Shown here: piece by piece, positions 28,271 through 52,009 of the stretch
How positions within the stretch are numbered: position 1 is the stretch's first letter
How the letters are laid out: every line of letters begins with the position of its first letter
Source of the DNA: Eledone cirrhosa
Taxonomy: Eukaryota
Direction: 5' to 3'
DNA length: 64,000 bases
Assembly: GCA_964016885.1 (NCBI GenBank)
Contig: OZ024752.1
Span: 28,520,001 to 28,584,000 of the forward strand
Notes under the pieces: model-generated
What the model saw: the letters and a program-made list of their open reading frames with translations, nothing else
What the model was told of the DNA's origin: nothing
The model's database searches: none
Program-made: the position numbers and the translations under genes

Positions 28271-29006
28271 TTACAATATTTCCTGAAGTCATATAACTAA
28301 GAAATGCTACTTCTTATTGTGAGAAATATATTTCTTATCCATACCATTGCTTCTAAGATGCCATATTACATTTCTATGTAGGACTGTGACAGGGATATGA
28401 TTGACTATTCATGGTTGGTGTTCAATGATTAATATGGCTTTGCTACTTAAAATATGAAATAAAGTGTTGAGAACTTTTGATGTAGTATTTTCTGTAAAAA
28501 TATTAAATAAATTTTTAAAAAATCTGTTAGAGATAGACTGAAATTAATGTCTAAATAAATGCGTATTTTAATTTTAGTTAATCGATCCTTCAAGTAGGAT
28601 TTTCTCTGAATTTCAATGTTGGTGCTTCTGAGGAGGGGATATCATTTAAAGTATTTAAATTTTATTTTATATAGTCCCATTGCTGTTTTGGTTTGTTTTC
28701 TTTTCCCGTAAATGCTTTGTTTTTATACAGTCATGTTATTCATTGTAATATGATGATAGTTAAATCGTGCTGTGCACTTGCTGCAAGGAAAATCAAGTAA
28801 AATTAATTGTGAATTCATTGTCAAAAATGTGCAAGTCTTCTGTGTATCAGCTTAAATGACAGTTATAGACAGTGAGAAAGTGTGCACAGTCGCCTATTTT
28901 GGGAGAACATCACGTAATTAGCATGTCTCTATGCTGTTTCTCTTAGTCCGTCAGTAATTACGTTGAGATTATTCATTATCAGAGAGTTAAATACAAGAGA
29001 CTTGAC

Positions 29007-29013
29007 TATAAAA
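29007..29013 (+). promoter_or_regulatory. TATA box of the S-crystallin gene
   Basis: TATAAAA 120 bp upstream of the start codon. Confidence 0.7.
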
Positions 29014-29126
29014 GACACTCAATCCGATTGATTCGGCCACACACATTTGCTGCACAACTTAACAGCAACACCTAAAATCATCTCTGATTCTCTATAACGT
29101 TGATAACATCAACTAAAACACCAACC

Positions 29127-40934
<11,808 letters not shown>

Positions 40935-41000
40935 ATTGTAAAACGTTGCTATTTTATCAATTTAAATGTCATTTGACGAAAATTATTATAATTATGATTA

Positions 41001-41006
41001 AATAAA
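41001..41006 (+). terminator. Polyadenylation signal
   Basis: AATAAA 66 nt after the stop codon, followed by a GT/T-rich tract at ~41030-41050. Confidence 0.7.
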
Positions 41007-41257
41007 ATTTCTGAACACTGACGAATGACATGTGTGTTTCTTTTTATTTTAATTATTGCCATATTATATTAATTTTATTTTGTAATTAATAACAGTCGAA
41101 AAATTAACATACCGTCACCGACTCTCCAGTCTGAAGATCTTATTCAGACTCTCATTTTATTCCCAGCGACGAAAATATATGTTTAGACCACAATGTTCAA
41201 TAATGCAAAAAATAACAGTTTATTATTATTATGCATTGTGGTGAATTACTATGCCTA

Positions 41258-41450
41258 AGGGCGGTGAATTGACAGTATCGGTAGAGGGTTGGGGGGGCCA
41301 TGACTTCTAGCATAGTTACGTCTCTTTACGGTCTGAGTTCAAATCCCGTCGAGGTTAACTTTGCCTTTCATCCTTACGGGGTCGATAAAATAAAATACCA
41401 GTAATGTACTGGGTAATTGCTGACCTTGTGCCAAAAGTAGAAACAATTAT
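41258..41450 (+). mobile_element. tRNA-derived SINE
   Basis: Consensus match, flanked by the direct repeat ATTACTATGCCT. Confidence 0.9.
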
Positions 41451-42255
41451 TACTATGCCTTGTGGTACTTTTCACAGCTTGTTACGTTTCTGATTTCATG
41501 TGTTCACCACTTAGGATATTAACCTATCATTTTTCTTGAATCAATAAATAGACCTCCATCGGTTTAGACGGTGAGTGTTTCAATAGTTCCATCAATTAAA
41601 GATTCTGCCCATAAAATCAATGCATAAAGGACCAGGCATTCCAAAGAGGCGTGTACCCTTAATGTAATTCTCAAAGCGATTCAGCGTGACAGTAAATTAT
41701 AGATAGAGTTCATTAGGCAGGCTTTCAAACAGTCTCCGTCTACCTAATTTAACACATCCCCTATATCTCTTTCTCGCTTTCTATCCTTCGCTGTACTCAA
41801 GCCTGGAGGGAGATGGGCTCCACAGGCTCAAAATGCCTAAGAAATCCCATATATCAATATGGCGGCCCTATGGGGAAATGATAGAATTTAACTTATACGG
41901 TATGGGTCAAACCAAGACTAAGGTAAATGACACTTGTTCAATATTCCGCGCAGTGGAATCGAAACTAGAACCTAAAGATTGCGAAATGAACTCCTCAACT
42001 ATTCAACAATGCTGTGTCCACACTATTGTGGGATATTTAACTGATTATACACATAATCGCTCCTACCAACCAAAAGAATTGTGGTATTAAATCCTATTTA
42101 GAAAACAATATTACCATGAATATAGTGGGCAATGGATGTCAGAGAATATAAAACCCGGGAAATCTGGTTTTATAGATGTGCGTTCATATTGTAATTGACA
42201 TTAATTTCATCCATGCAGGGTCGATAATAAATATACCGGTACCAACATTTAGAGC

Positions 42256-42865
42256 CTTCTTCTTCTTCGCCCATTTATTCCTGAAAGGGTCGTGGGGGCA
42301 GAGTCCTCAAACACTCCCTTCAGCGGATCCTGTCAGATACAACCGTCTCCAACTAATCTGGCTGGATCCCCAAGCTCATAGATGTTATCCAACCATTTTG
42401 TTCTGGGCTTCTTAACTGTAAAATCTGTCCAGCGATTCTTTTCTGAGACATTCTAAGCACATGCCCATAGTATCGGAGCTGTGATCTCTCAATTCTGAGA
42501 AGTAGCGGCTCTACCTGGAGTGACTCTCTGGTCTTTACCGAGTAATGTTACTTCAAAGACCCTTCGGAGGAATCCCATTTCAGCCTCTTGTATTCGTGAT
42601 CGTATTCTCTCGGTCATTACCCTAGATTCATGACCATAGGTAAAGGTTGGCATGAAAACCGAATTGAAGATAGCGAGGTTGGCTTTTACGCCTACCTCCC
42701 TTCTGATTACTGAATGCTGAAACTGGCGCATTTCTGCACCAGATTTTGCAATTCTTGCACTTAATTCAGCCTCCTGCTTTCCATCACTCGTGAACACGGA
42801 CCCAAGATACTTGAACTTCTATACCTGCTTCAGTGGAACTCCATTTACATGTAGAGTGCAACATT
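42256..42865 (-). mobile_element. RTE LINE 3' fragment (RT C-terminus)
   Basis: FKYLGSVFTSDG and PTFTYGHES..MTERIRSRIQEAEMGFLRRV. Confidence 0.85.
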
Positions 42866-42909
42866 TATAGCCATACAACTATATCACTATTCATTATTAC
42901 AATGTAACT

Positions 42910-43090
42910 AGGGTGGTGGATTAGTAGTATCGGTAGAGCATAAAACATCATGCTTTTCAGCATATAGTTACGGCCCTTTACGTTCTGAGTTCAAATCCCA
43001 CCGAAGTTAGCTTGGCTTTTCATCCTTTTGGGTCCGATAAGAAAAAAAGTAGCAAATTGATAGCCTTGTGGCTAAAATAGAAATCAATTA
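42910..43090 (+). mobile_element. tRNA-derived SINE (older copy)
   Basis: Degenerate consensus match. Confidence 0.75.
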
Positions 43091-43545
43091 TTTCAATATC
43101 TTACCTGGTTACAAGGAGCCATGTTGAGTGAGGAAGAAACAACCAATGTTATCAACAACGTTACTAGACTTGTACATATTCTAACATCCACAGAAGAATG
43201 AAAAACTAATTCGATCTCAGCATAAATTGAATTCTGCAAGGAATTTTGTTCTAGGCTACGACTATTCTGCCTCACCAATGTTACTATATTGAACATTAAA
43301 GTTAAATATTTCATAACATAACGTGTTGAAATTCGTGGAGAGTCTACAATATTTTCTGTCCCTTCTCGGAAAACACACGCTCGCACATGCGCACACGAAG
43401 AGACACAGACACACAAAACAAAGTGGTGTAGATGCTGTCAATTGCGACGCATTTCGGGGTTCAAATCAAACTGGATAAATGGGTGCCCCGATAGAATAAT
43501 GTAATACACACACACACACACACACACACACATCACACATATATA

Positions 43546-43583
<38 letters not shown>

Positions 43584-44049
43584 AGAGACGAATAAATATA
43601 TAAATATTTTAATACATAGACTAATATTGTATGGGGGCGTATCTAATTAAAGACGAAATAATTTAATTATTTAAAATGTAAACTTTATTTTACCCGAAGT
43701 ACTTTAAAACATCAATAATTCTGAATAACATATTGATAAAATGTCTGTTCATTTGCTCTTTGTAGACTAATAATTTCAAACAAAACAACAGTTATCAAAA
43801 CAAAACTTCTTCATACGTATCAATTGGTCTCAGTTTGTTGTCTTTCGTCTGATTAAGATCAGGGATGAGGGATCAATTTCCAGGGTTCTGCACCAGGAGG
43901 TCGACGAACTTGGGTCCCGAGCTGTTGTTGTGTGGACCATACTCATTACCCTTTAATATAATTTCACCTAAGTGATTGTCTTATCGAATATCATTGATTA
44001 ATGAATAATTTCTTCGTGTTGTCAGTCAATTTTCACATTAGTATTGCAT

Positions 44050-44760
44050 TAAATATCAGTTTTGGCACTGCCTGCCTAACTCTCCTCAATCTTCTTCGGC
44101 CGCACCCTCATCAATGAGATCCTCTGCAAGACGACAGAACCTGGCGTGGTCCGGGAACTGGATTTAACTCTGGCTGATTGGACTGAAGAAGGCCACGCCG
44201 TCCCCCCAGTGTACTGATGTCTAACGTACTGATGTCTAACGTAACGTCAAGCGTAAATCGGCCTTCAGGTGGATCGAGTCTTCTTCAGACCAACACCATC
44301 GCGTTTGCCTACGTTCCGCCATGCAGCCAAACTGGTGATTGGCTCAATTCGGTGCCTTCCTCATCACTCGGTACCCTTCTTGATAAGGTGTACACTAGCA
44401 TTTGAGTGATACTGCGCTTCTGCGTGTGCGAACCACACAGGTACCCTTGTCGCTTTTGTCACAAACCCGTGCTCCGCTGTCCCCAATGCGGAGGAGAGGA
44501 AAACTGTCAAATACCGGGGCCTGAGCGACAGTTTCCTCTTTGCACCGGTCTCCGTCGAGACCTATGGTCTCCTTGGTCCCCACAATGCTGATTTTCTCCA
44601 TAAAATCAAAAAGACGGTGGCTCGCTTGAGGAGCGAGACCCCTGAAGTAAGGGTGGCTTTTGCAGTGTATGTCTCAAACCATTCTCCGTGTTAATGCTTT
44701 TGCCGTTTTGTTCGTGGAGCGCGGCTGAGGTACCACTGAGACTGGGGTGAAATGCCTGCC
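44050..44760 (+). pseudogene. Degenerate CRE-like non-LTR retrotransposon C-terminus (zinc knuckle/restriction-like endonuclease)
   Basis: GDWLNSVPSSSLGTLLD, VCEPH..C and KY..L...FLFAPVSVETYGLLG motifs across frameshifts, in a locally GC-rich stretch. Confidence 0.65.
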
Positions 44761-45449
44761 TCTCCAGCTCTCCCCTTCTTTTGTTGCTTGATCCTTCTTT
44801 CTTTTTCTCTTTTTCATTAGTGCGTTTTGTTTCTATTAGATACTGCTCAATATTTTTACAAAATATCAATTATGGCTTTTCATGACATTGTGAGATTTTT
44901 TATATTGAATATGTAAATGTAATATAGAGAATTGTTTCATATTAAATAAAGAACTGTTTACCTAATAAGGTGATATTATCTCGAGTCTATACAATAATAT
45001 TGTTCGTCTTCTGAGAGTTGTTTCATTGTTACGAGGATATTGAATTATCTATTCGAAACGCGACAGATTAGCACAGTTCATAAACAATGTTTAGTTTATT
45101 TTTTGGAGATTTTTAGTTGAAATACTGCTGTCGTTTCATTCTCATGGTGTCACTCCCAATTATGCTAAAAACCTCGGATGCCGTTGTTACCTAAGAAATT
45201 AAGAAAATAATGATATCATTATGAATAATGTAACGATACTTAAAAAAGAAAATTCTTTGAATTTATGTCTATCTCAGTTCTTTATAAAGTTAAAGCTTTG
45301 AAGTCATAGATTTATTGTTAATGTCAACATTGTAGGATCATTGGGGTACATTATAATCGTTCTATAAAAAACTGTAGCAGTTTAAAGGCTAACAAATAGC
45401 AGGATCTCTAGCCATAACTTTTGTATATATATTTTTTCCTCTGTATTTT

Positions 45450-46110
45450 TCCTTTGCCATACAAGATAGAACGGAGCACCTTGAAGGAACAAAAAGGTGT
45501 TCACTTTGTATAAGTGAGAAATATGGGATATTACAGGGATTGAAGTCATCTACCAAATACCTGAACAATAAAGCTGAGATGTTCAGAAAATGCCCCCATA
45601 TGAACACACATCAGCTTGCAGCTTGGGCTAGTAATATCACAAACCTACAACCACATTAAATACCCACGGATAAGTATAATACCATCCGAATACATACATA
45701 TAGTACGTTTCGCAAACAAACCTTAATATAATAACAATAAGCTTAATAATCAATATCATAGTAATATCACAAACCTACAGCCACCTTAAATGACTACACA
45801 GCAGAATACGTATAATTGCATGCACGCACATACTTATACTGTCTCCAATGAACACCTTAATATAAGCTGAAGAAACACAAAATCAGCAAGAGTTATCCCC
45901 CCAGAATTAGTAAAATCAGAAAAGTAATTAAGACATAGGGTTATCTCACTTGCAACGAACGAGATCTCATGTAAATAACGTCAACATTCTTTGTTTTATA
46001 GTTACCTGAAGGAAAATCTCGTATATGGAAGTGGTCTCGTACTATATAAACCACATGCGGGATCGGAAACCAATGGTAGCAGTTAAAATGTGTTGCAGAT
46101 AATTACAATA
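45450..46110 (+). mobile_element. Second PLE 3' remnant (GIY-YIG C-terminus, 3' UTR, hammerhead)
   Basis: 45498-45658 translates CSLCISEKYGIL..LNNKAEMFRKCPH, matching CDLCAEEIFFIL..LNLRTNLFSCCKH of ORF 59781-61046. It ends with a hammerhead and TA repeats. Confidence 0.7.
45999..46085 (+). ncRNA. Degenerate type I hammerhead (CTGAAGG core)
   Basis: TAGTTAC-CTGAAGG-..ATCTCGTAT...ATGCGGGAT..-GAAA-CCAATGG-TA-GCAGTTA. Confidence 0.6.
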
Positions 46111-46454
46111 TATATATATATATGGAATGCACACTTAAGTGTGTTTCCAAGAAGTCATTTGCATTCCATATATATATATATATTGTAATTATCTTCAACA
46201 CATTTTATGCCTGAAGCTTTTATAGTGAGCAAAGGCACTCCACAAAGCCAGTGCCACTCTCTTAACCAAGATGATATTTACCCAAAAAAGAACAAGTCAA
46301 CATCATTGGATACCATCAGGGTTGCAGGTGTTATATCAGAGTTTTCCTTAAGAGTCAATGGCCATCCAAAATCACCGGGAGAGATGACCCCTTAGCCTTT
46401 GTCAAGGCAGAATTCTAGAATGTATGCATATACATACATATATATATATATATA

Positions 46455-46609
46455 TAACGAAGGAAATGTGGTAAGGAACCAGGTGGACCATAACGCACCA
46501 AAGTACTCAATACTTGAGGTAGTAGAGTGGGTAATAGGAACCAGTAAGACCCCGACAGCTGAGCTCAAGCCGAAACGGCTTGAGCTCAGCTGTCGGGGTC
46601 TTACTGGTT

Positions 46610-46613
<4 letters not shown>
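46455..46613. mobile_element. Family B asymmetric fold-back in (TA)n
   Basis: TAGGAACCAGTAAGACCCCGACAGCTGAGCTCAAGCCG-AAA-CGGCTTGAG...TTCCTA is a perfect hairpin, with an ~80-bp extension on the left arm only. Confidence 0.85.
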
Positions 46614-46671
<58 letters not shown>

Positions 46672-46935
46672 TATATTCTAGAATTCTGCCTTGACAAAGA
46701 ATATATGCTTTGTATCTGGAGATCTCTCTGACTTGTCTTCACATGGTTCCATGGGCATAATGTGTCAATAATTGTCACAAGTGTAGTGTTTGTACCAGAG
46801 TTTTCAACTCGCTGGCTGGACTAAAAAGTCACACTCGTTCAGCGCATCGGTAGGGGTTCTCCTACTTGGATATAAAGTAGTGGCCGTACTCGAAAACGAG
46901 TTGGCAGCCACCATATGCATATATATATATATATA

Positions 46936-47520
46936 TATTAATAAAAGGAATTCTAACGTTGTCTGACTTACTCGTTTTATTTACAATCCTTTCAAATTAT
47001 AATTGTTTATACTTTAAGCACAAGGCCAGCAATTACCCAGTACATTACTGATTACTGGTACTTTATTTTATCGACCCCGTAAGGATGAAAGGCAAAGTTA
47101 ACCTCGGCGGGATTTGAACTCAGACTCTAAAGGGATGTAACTATGCTAGAAAGCATGGCATCCAACCCTCTACCGTTACTGCCAATTCACCACCCTTTCA
47201 AATTATAATGATAGTATAATGAAATAGTATGGTAGAATATTAAATGTTGAATGTTAATTGAACAAGTACTTTCATGCTTTCGCAATCTTCAGGTTCATAT
47301 TCAGTGGTGACAGTCAAGTTTGCAATTTTCAGAAAATTGCAAACTTGACTGTACTTGTTCAATTAACATTTAACATTTAATATTCTACCATACTATTTCA
47401 TTATTATATCATTATAAATTTAAAGGATTGTAAATAAAACGAGTAAATCAGACAAAGTTGGAATTCCTTTTGTTAATATAATCTTCTATACTCAATTATA
47501 CACACCCGTGAATATTTATT
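46936..47520. mobile_element. Fold-back element with hammerhead, interrupted by a SINE
   Basis: Left arm 46936-47003 plus 47210-47269 is inverted at 47350-47480. SINE 47004-47193 has TSD CCTTTCAAATTATAAT. Confidence 0.8.
47259..47297 (-). ncRNA. Minimal type I hammerhead ribozyme (39 nt)
   Basis: Minus strand reads TGAAC-CTGAAGA-T-TGC GAAA GCA-T-GAAA-GTAC-TT-GTTCA. Helix III palindrome AGTACT. Confidence 0.85.
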
Positions 47521-47542
47521 TTTATATATTTATATATATATA

Positions 47543-48430
47543 CTAGCAGTAAAGCCCGGCGTTGCTCGGGGTCGCTCAGTAGCTGTGTTAAAGTTACAAT
47601 GTTAAGTTTCTTTCTTGGCTTAAAAACTGTAGTGTCTACTGTGCAGACTTGCATGTGGTGTTTTTGATTAATATTCCCTCAACCAACAATATGCCTTATG
47701 AAGTTAAGAAAACATAACGATAACCCGAATGTTATAACAAAAGAGGATGCTGGGGATAGAAACTGCACTGGTTATTTATTAACAAAGATCGAAAATGTAA
47801 ACACTGCAACGCAGAGAAAAACATTAGCGTAACCAAATTATCAGTTATGTCTGTCTGCACGCCTATATCACCTCTCTGCACGACTGTCTGTCTGCACGCC
47901 TATATCACCTCTCTGCACGACTGTCTGTCTGCACGCCTATATCACCTCTCTGCACGACTGTCTGTCTGCACGCCTATATCACCTCTCTGCACGACTGTCT
48001 GTCTGCACGCGTATATCACCTCTCTGCACGACTGTCTGTCTGCACGCCTAACGACGAAATATTTGCTTGTTTTACGTAGTCTTTAAATAGACTTGTTTTC
48101 AAGTAAAAATATTGTTTTAAAATGCTTTTAAATGGAAATTGTGTTAATGTCATTTTAAACGCTGAGAAAGCCAGCGTAATTTTTTACGTAAGACGCTCAA
48201 TGTAAACGGAACAAAGGGAAATAACTGATAACTTACGCTCAAAAATCGATACATTATATTCGATTTCGTCACATAGGGTGGGTGAATTTGAAATATTTTT
48301 TTCCGATGTCTTCGCTAGGGCTCAATGGACAAGTATAGCAATTTCGGTGCAATTCCGTCAGAGATTCTAAGAGGAGATGTGTGCCAAAAATCGATAGACA
48401 GACAGACAACCACAGTTTTATATATATAGA
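47543..48430 (-). mobile_element. Non-autonomous Helitron
   Basis: Minus strand starts A|TC, has (CTGT)n near the 5' end, a subterminal hairpin CCCGAGCAACGCCGGG, and ends CTAG|T. Confidence 0.8.
47848..48050 (+). repeat. 37-bp minisatellite (~5.5 copies) inside the Helitron
   Basis: Unit CTGTCTGTCTGCACGCCTATATCACCTCTCTGCACGA. Confidence 0.95.
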
Positions 48431-48520
48431 TATGCATTGTACCGATTGTGTTGTTATTTCTGTTTATCTTTTACATACATATATATATACATACATACAT
48501 ACATACATATATATATATAT

Positions 48521-48901
48521 ATGTAAAAGTTCTATTTAAATTGTTGGGATACAACAAGCAAATATTTTTATAACTGATATAAAGCACTCAACAAATATTT
48601 GGAGTAAAAATACGATATTAACAAATGGAAACTATATTTATAAAACCATATTTATTTCATTATACATATTTCAAGGACAACCAAGTTTAATTATGGTGTG
48701 CTTTCATCAGATAAAATATAATATAGATCAGTTTTATAAATAAATATTCTTTAAGGGTATGTCAATATTTATTCATAAAACTGATCTATATTATATTTTA
48801 TCTGATGAAAGCACACCATAATTAAACTTGGTTGTCCTTTAAATATGTATAATAAAATAAATATGGTTTTATAAATATAGTTTCCATTTGTTAATATCGT
48901 A
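48521..48901. mobile_element. Miniature fold-back related to the PLE at 57743-62696 (family C)
   Basis: 48611-48748 is inverted at ~48764-48901. A 90-bp extension is on the left arm only. (TA)n lies on both sides. Confidence 0.85.
48653..48718 (-). ncRNA. Type I hammerhead ribozyme
   Basis: Minus strand reads TATTTTAT-CTGATGA-AAG..CTT-GAAA-TATGTA-TA-ATGAAATA. The plus-strand twin (~48794-48860) has GAAA changed to TAAA. Confidence 0.8.
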
Positions 48902-48937
48902 TATATATATATATATATATATATAGGAAAAAGTATG

Positions 48938-49034
48938 ACCCCCGACGGCAAAGCTCAACCCGTTTCGACGGCTATTTCTGGACTAAATTAGAATTTTTAG
49001 TCTGGTAAATAAATAGCCGGACTTTTCAAGGGGT
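48938..49034 (-). ncRNA. Type I hammerhead, UUGAAAA core
   Basis: Inverted twin of 49712-49807. Confidence 0.75.
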
Positions 49035-49711
49035 ACTTCCTTATATGGGAAGATTGTAGTTGTCAAGAGGATTGGTCAAAATTTGTTGTAAACACAAATA
49101 AGTCTATAATGGCAGTGGGTGAGAGGTGGGGTGGCTGAACTTGCCTGTAGAACAATGAAGGAGTGGGTGGAGCCGGTCAAGCGTTGAAAGTGAAATCTAT
49201 ACAGCAAATTCTAAAGATTGTGTATGAAAGTAGGCCAGAGGAGGTAGACGAAAAACGGTTTCTGGAGAAAATAGAGGAGGGACGTTATAGAATGGGTAAA
49301 TCAATTGAGATTAGGAGACGATAAAAAAATAATAAAAAAATAGAAGAGAATGATATATTAAAATATAAAATTGGATAGTGAGAAGTGATAAAAAACAAAA
49401 ACTATAGAGTCTAAAACAGCTGCTATATTTAGTTGGTGTTGCTTTTTCAGCCAATGCTATAGAATGAGTTGAGAATAGAAGATACTAAATAAGAATTATT
49501 GAAATTGTAGAATTGGGTAGTAAAATGTAATACAAAATCTCTGGGGTCTAACACAGCTGCTATGATTAGTTAGTATAGCGTATTCGGCCAATGCTATCTT
49601 TAAGTTACTGAGGCTACAGAGGCCCGATGGGCTGCCTCGAGCTAGACGTTAAGAGGAAAAAAAATGTTGACCAATCCTCTTGACAACTACAATCTTCCCA
49701 TATAAGGAAGT

Positions 49712-49807
49712 ACCCCTTGAAAAGTTCGGCTATTTATTTACCAAACTAAAAATTCTAATTTAGTCCAGAAATAGCCGTCGAAACGGCTTGAGCTCTGCCG
49801 TCGGGGT
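49712..49807 (+). ncRNA. Type I hammerhead, UUGAAAA (U3-A8) core
   Basis: ACCCC-TTGAAAA-G..CGGCTATTT...AAATAGCCG.C-GAAA-CGGC..GCCG-TC-GGGGT, with a GUC triplet. Confidence 0.8.
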
Positions 49808-49897
49808 CATACTTTTTCCTATTACCCACTCTACTACCCTAAGTATTGAGTACTCTGGTGCGTTATGGTCCATCTGGATCCTTACCATAACTCCTTC

Positions 49898-49949
<52 letters not shown>

Positions 49950-50507
49950 AACGAGTTGAGTACTTTGGTGCGTTATGGTCCACCTGGTTCCTTACCACAT
50001 TTCCTTCGTTATATATATATTTGTGCTTTGCGTGCTTCTATGAAAATATATGTATACATGTATGTGGATAGTGTTTGAAGAAACCAAAATATTGTGCTAA
50101 TTTTGTATTTTACTGAACCACTATTGATGATGATGGTGATGATGATGATGATATTAATGATGGATGAAGGCTATGTTATTGCTAAGCCACTGATCTGTGC
50201 GGCAGGTTTTTTTATATGTTACCATTTTGATCGGTTGATCTTAAGCAGTGACAAGTGAGGTGGCATAAACAACTCCATACCTAGACAACACCACAGCTGT
50301 TAGACTTTGAAATCTAACTTGATGTTGATACAACTAATGTGAACTTTAAATATTCAAGTATGAGGCAAATTAGTTATTGAAACTGAAAAAAAATCGTTTG
50401 TAGTTTCCTTTAGAATTATTAAATTAAAGCAAGATGTAAACTGAAATACTGTATATGTATGTATGCGTATGTTGGCTTGTATGCAAGTATGCATGTATAT
50501 ATGTATG

Positions 50508-50556
<49 letters not shown>

Positions 50557-50581
50557 ATATGTATGTATATATGTATGTATG

Positions 50582-50658
<77 letters not shown>

Positions 50659-50742
50659 GTTTATATGTATATATCTATTAAAGTTTATATGTATGTATGT
50701 AAGTAAATTTATATGTATGTATATATATCTGTATGTATATAT

Positions 50743-50823
<81 letters not shown>

Positions 50824-50909
50824 CTTATATGTATATATGTATGTATAAATATATGAAGGTTTATATGTATGTATGACAGTTTATCTGTATGTAAGTATAT
50901 ATGTACGAA

Positions 50910-50962
<53 letters not shown>

Positions 50963-51711
50963 CTGTGTGTGTGTCTGTGTGTTTGTCTGTGTGCCTCTGT
51001 GTGTCTCTTTGTGTCTGTGTGTATGTGTGTGTGTCTGTGTATTATTTCTTACTCTATTACTTCAGTATTTACAGTAAACTTTTTATTTGTGAAAAAGTCG
51101 GGAGAAACTGAAGAGATGAAATCGATCGATGTTAACGAAAAATACATAAAAACAACAACAACAAGAAAAAACAAAGAAATTCAATAAAAAAAAGTTACAC
51201 AGAGTCAACATTGCTGAAAAGAATTAAATTAAATATTATTGTACTCCAACGACGAAAAAAATGTAATCTAAAATGTATTGCTAATATATTCGAGTTAACT
51301 CGGATGTAATATTTGAAAAAAATATATAGTAATGTTTAAACGAAACGAAACATAAATAATCGGTAATATACAAAAACAACATACAACAACAAGCAACAAC
51401 AGAAATGGCAAAGGATTTAGATATAAATGGTAAGAGAAATATGACGAGAAATTTATACTAAATGCTTGATGGGCCGTCGTCGGTTTCGAGATGAGTTTTC
51501 CAGTTGTTTAATTAATATTCAATTAATAAATATATATATGTATTTGTGTGTATATATATATATGTATGTGTGTATGTATGTATATGTATGCGTTTGTGTA
51601 TGTGTGTGTATACGTGTGTGTACGTGTGTATATATGTATGTGTGTACGTATGAATATATATATATACGTGTGTGTGTGCGTGTGTATGCATGAGAGCGTG
51701 CGTGTGTGTGC

Positions 51712-51749
<38 letters not shown>

Positions 51750-51760
51750 GTATATATGTG

Positions 51761-51811
<51 letters not shown>

Positions 51812-52009
51812 ATATGTATGTGTGTGCATGTGTGTGTATGTACCATTATGTATGTTTGTTGTGTGTGTGCCTGCCTGTGTGTGCGTGCGTGTATGTGTGC
51901 GTACGTGTGTAAGTGGGCGCGTGTATGAATGTGCTTGTCGACACCTGGAATATATATTAAGTGAACTTCACAATAAGGGGGTTCACCCCAACACTTGAAT
52001 ATGTTGTTG

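Larger units (their letters stand above)
48924..49890. mobile_element. Family B fold-back element with two U3-A8 hammerheads
   Basis: 48924-49080 is inverted at ~49667-49821, with a ~70-bp extension on the right arm only and (TA)n on both sides. Confidence 0.85.

Noticed and set aside
47848-48050. 37-bp repeats resembling a CRISPR array
   Set aside because: The repeats are contiguous with no unique spacers, in a eukaryotic context inside a Helitron.
49400-49610. Minus-strand ALAEY/ALAEK peptides resembling a PLE endonuclease motif
   Set aside because: Too short and degenerate to call without an alignment.
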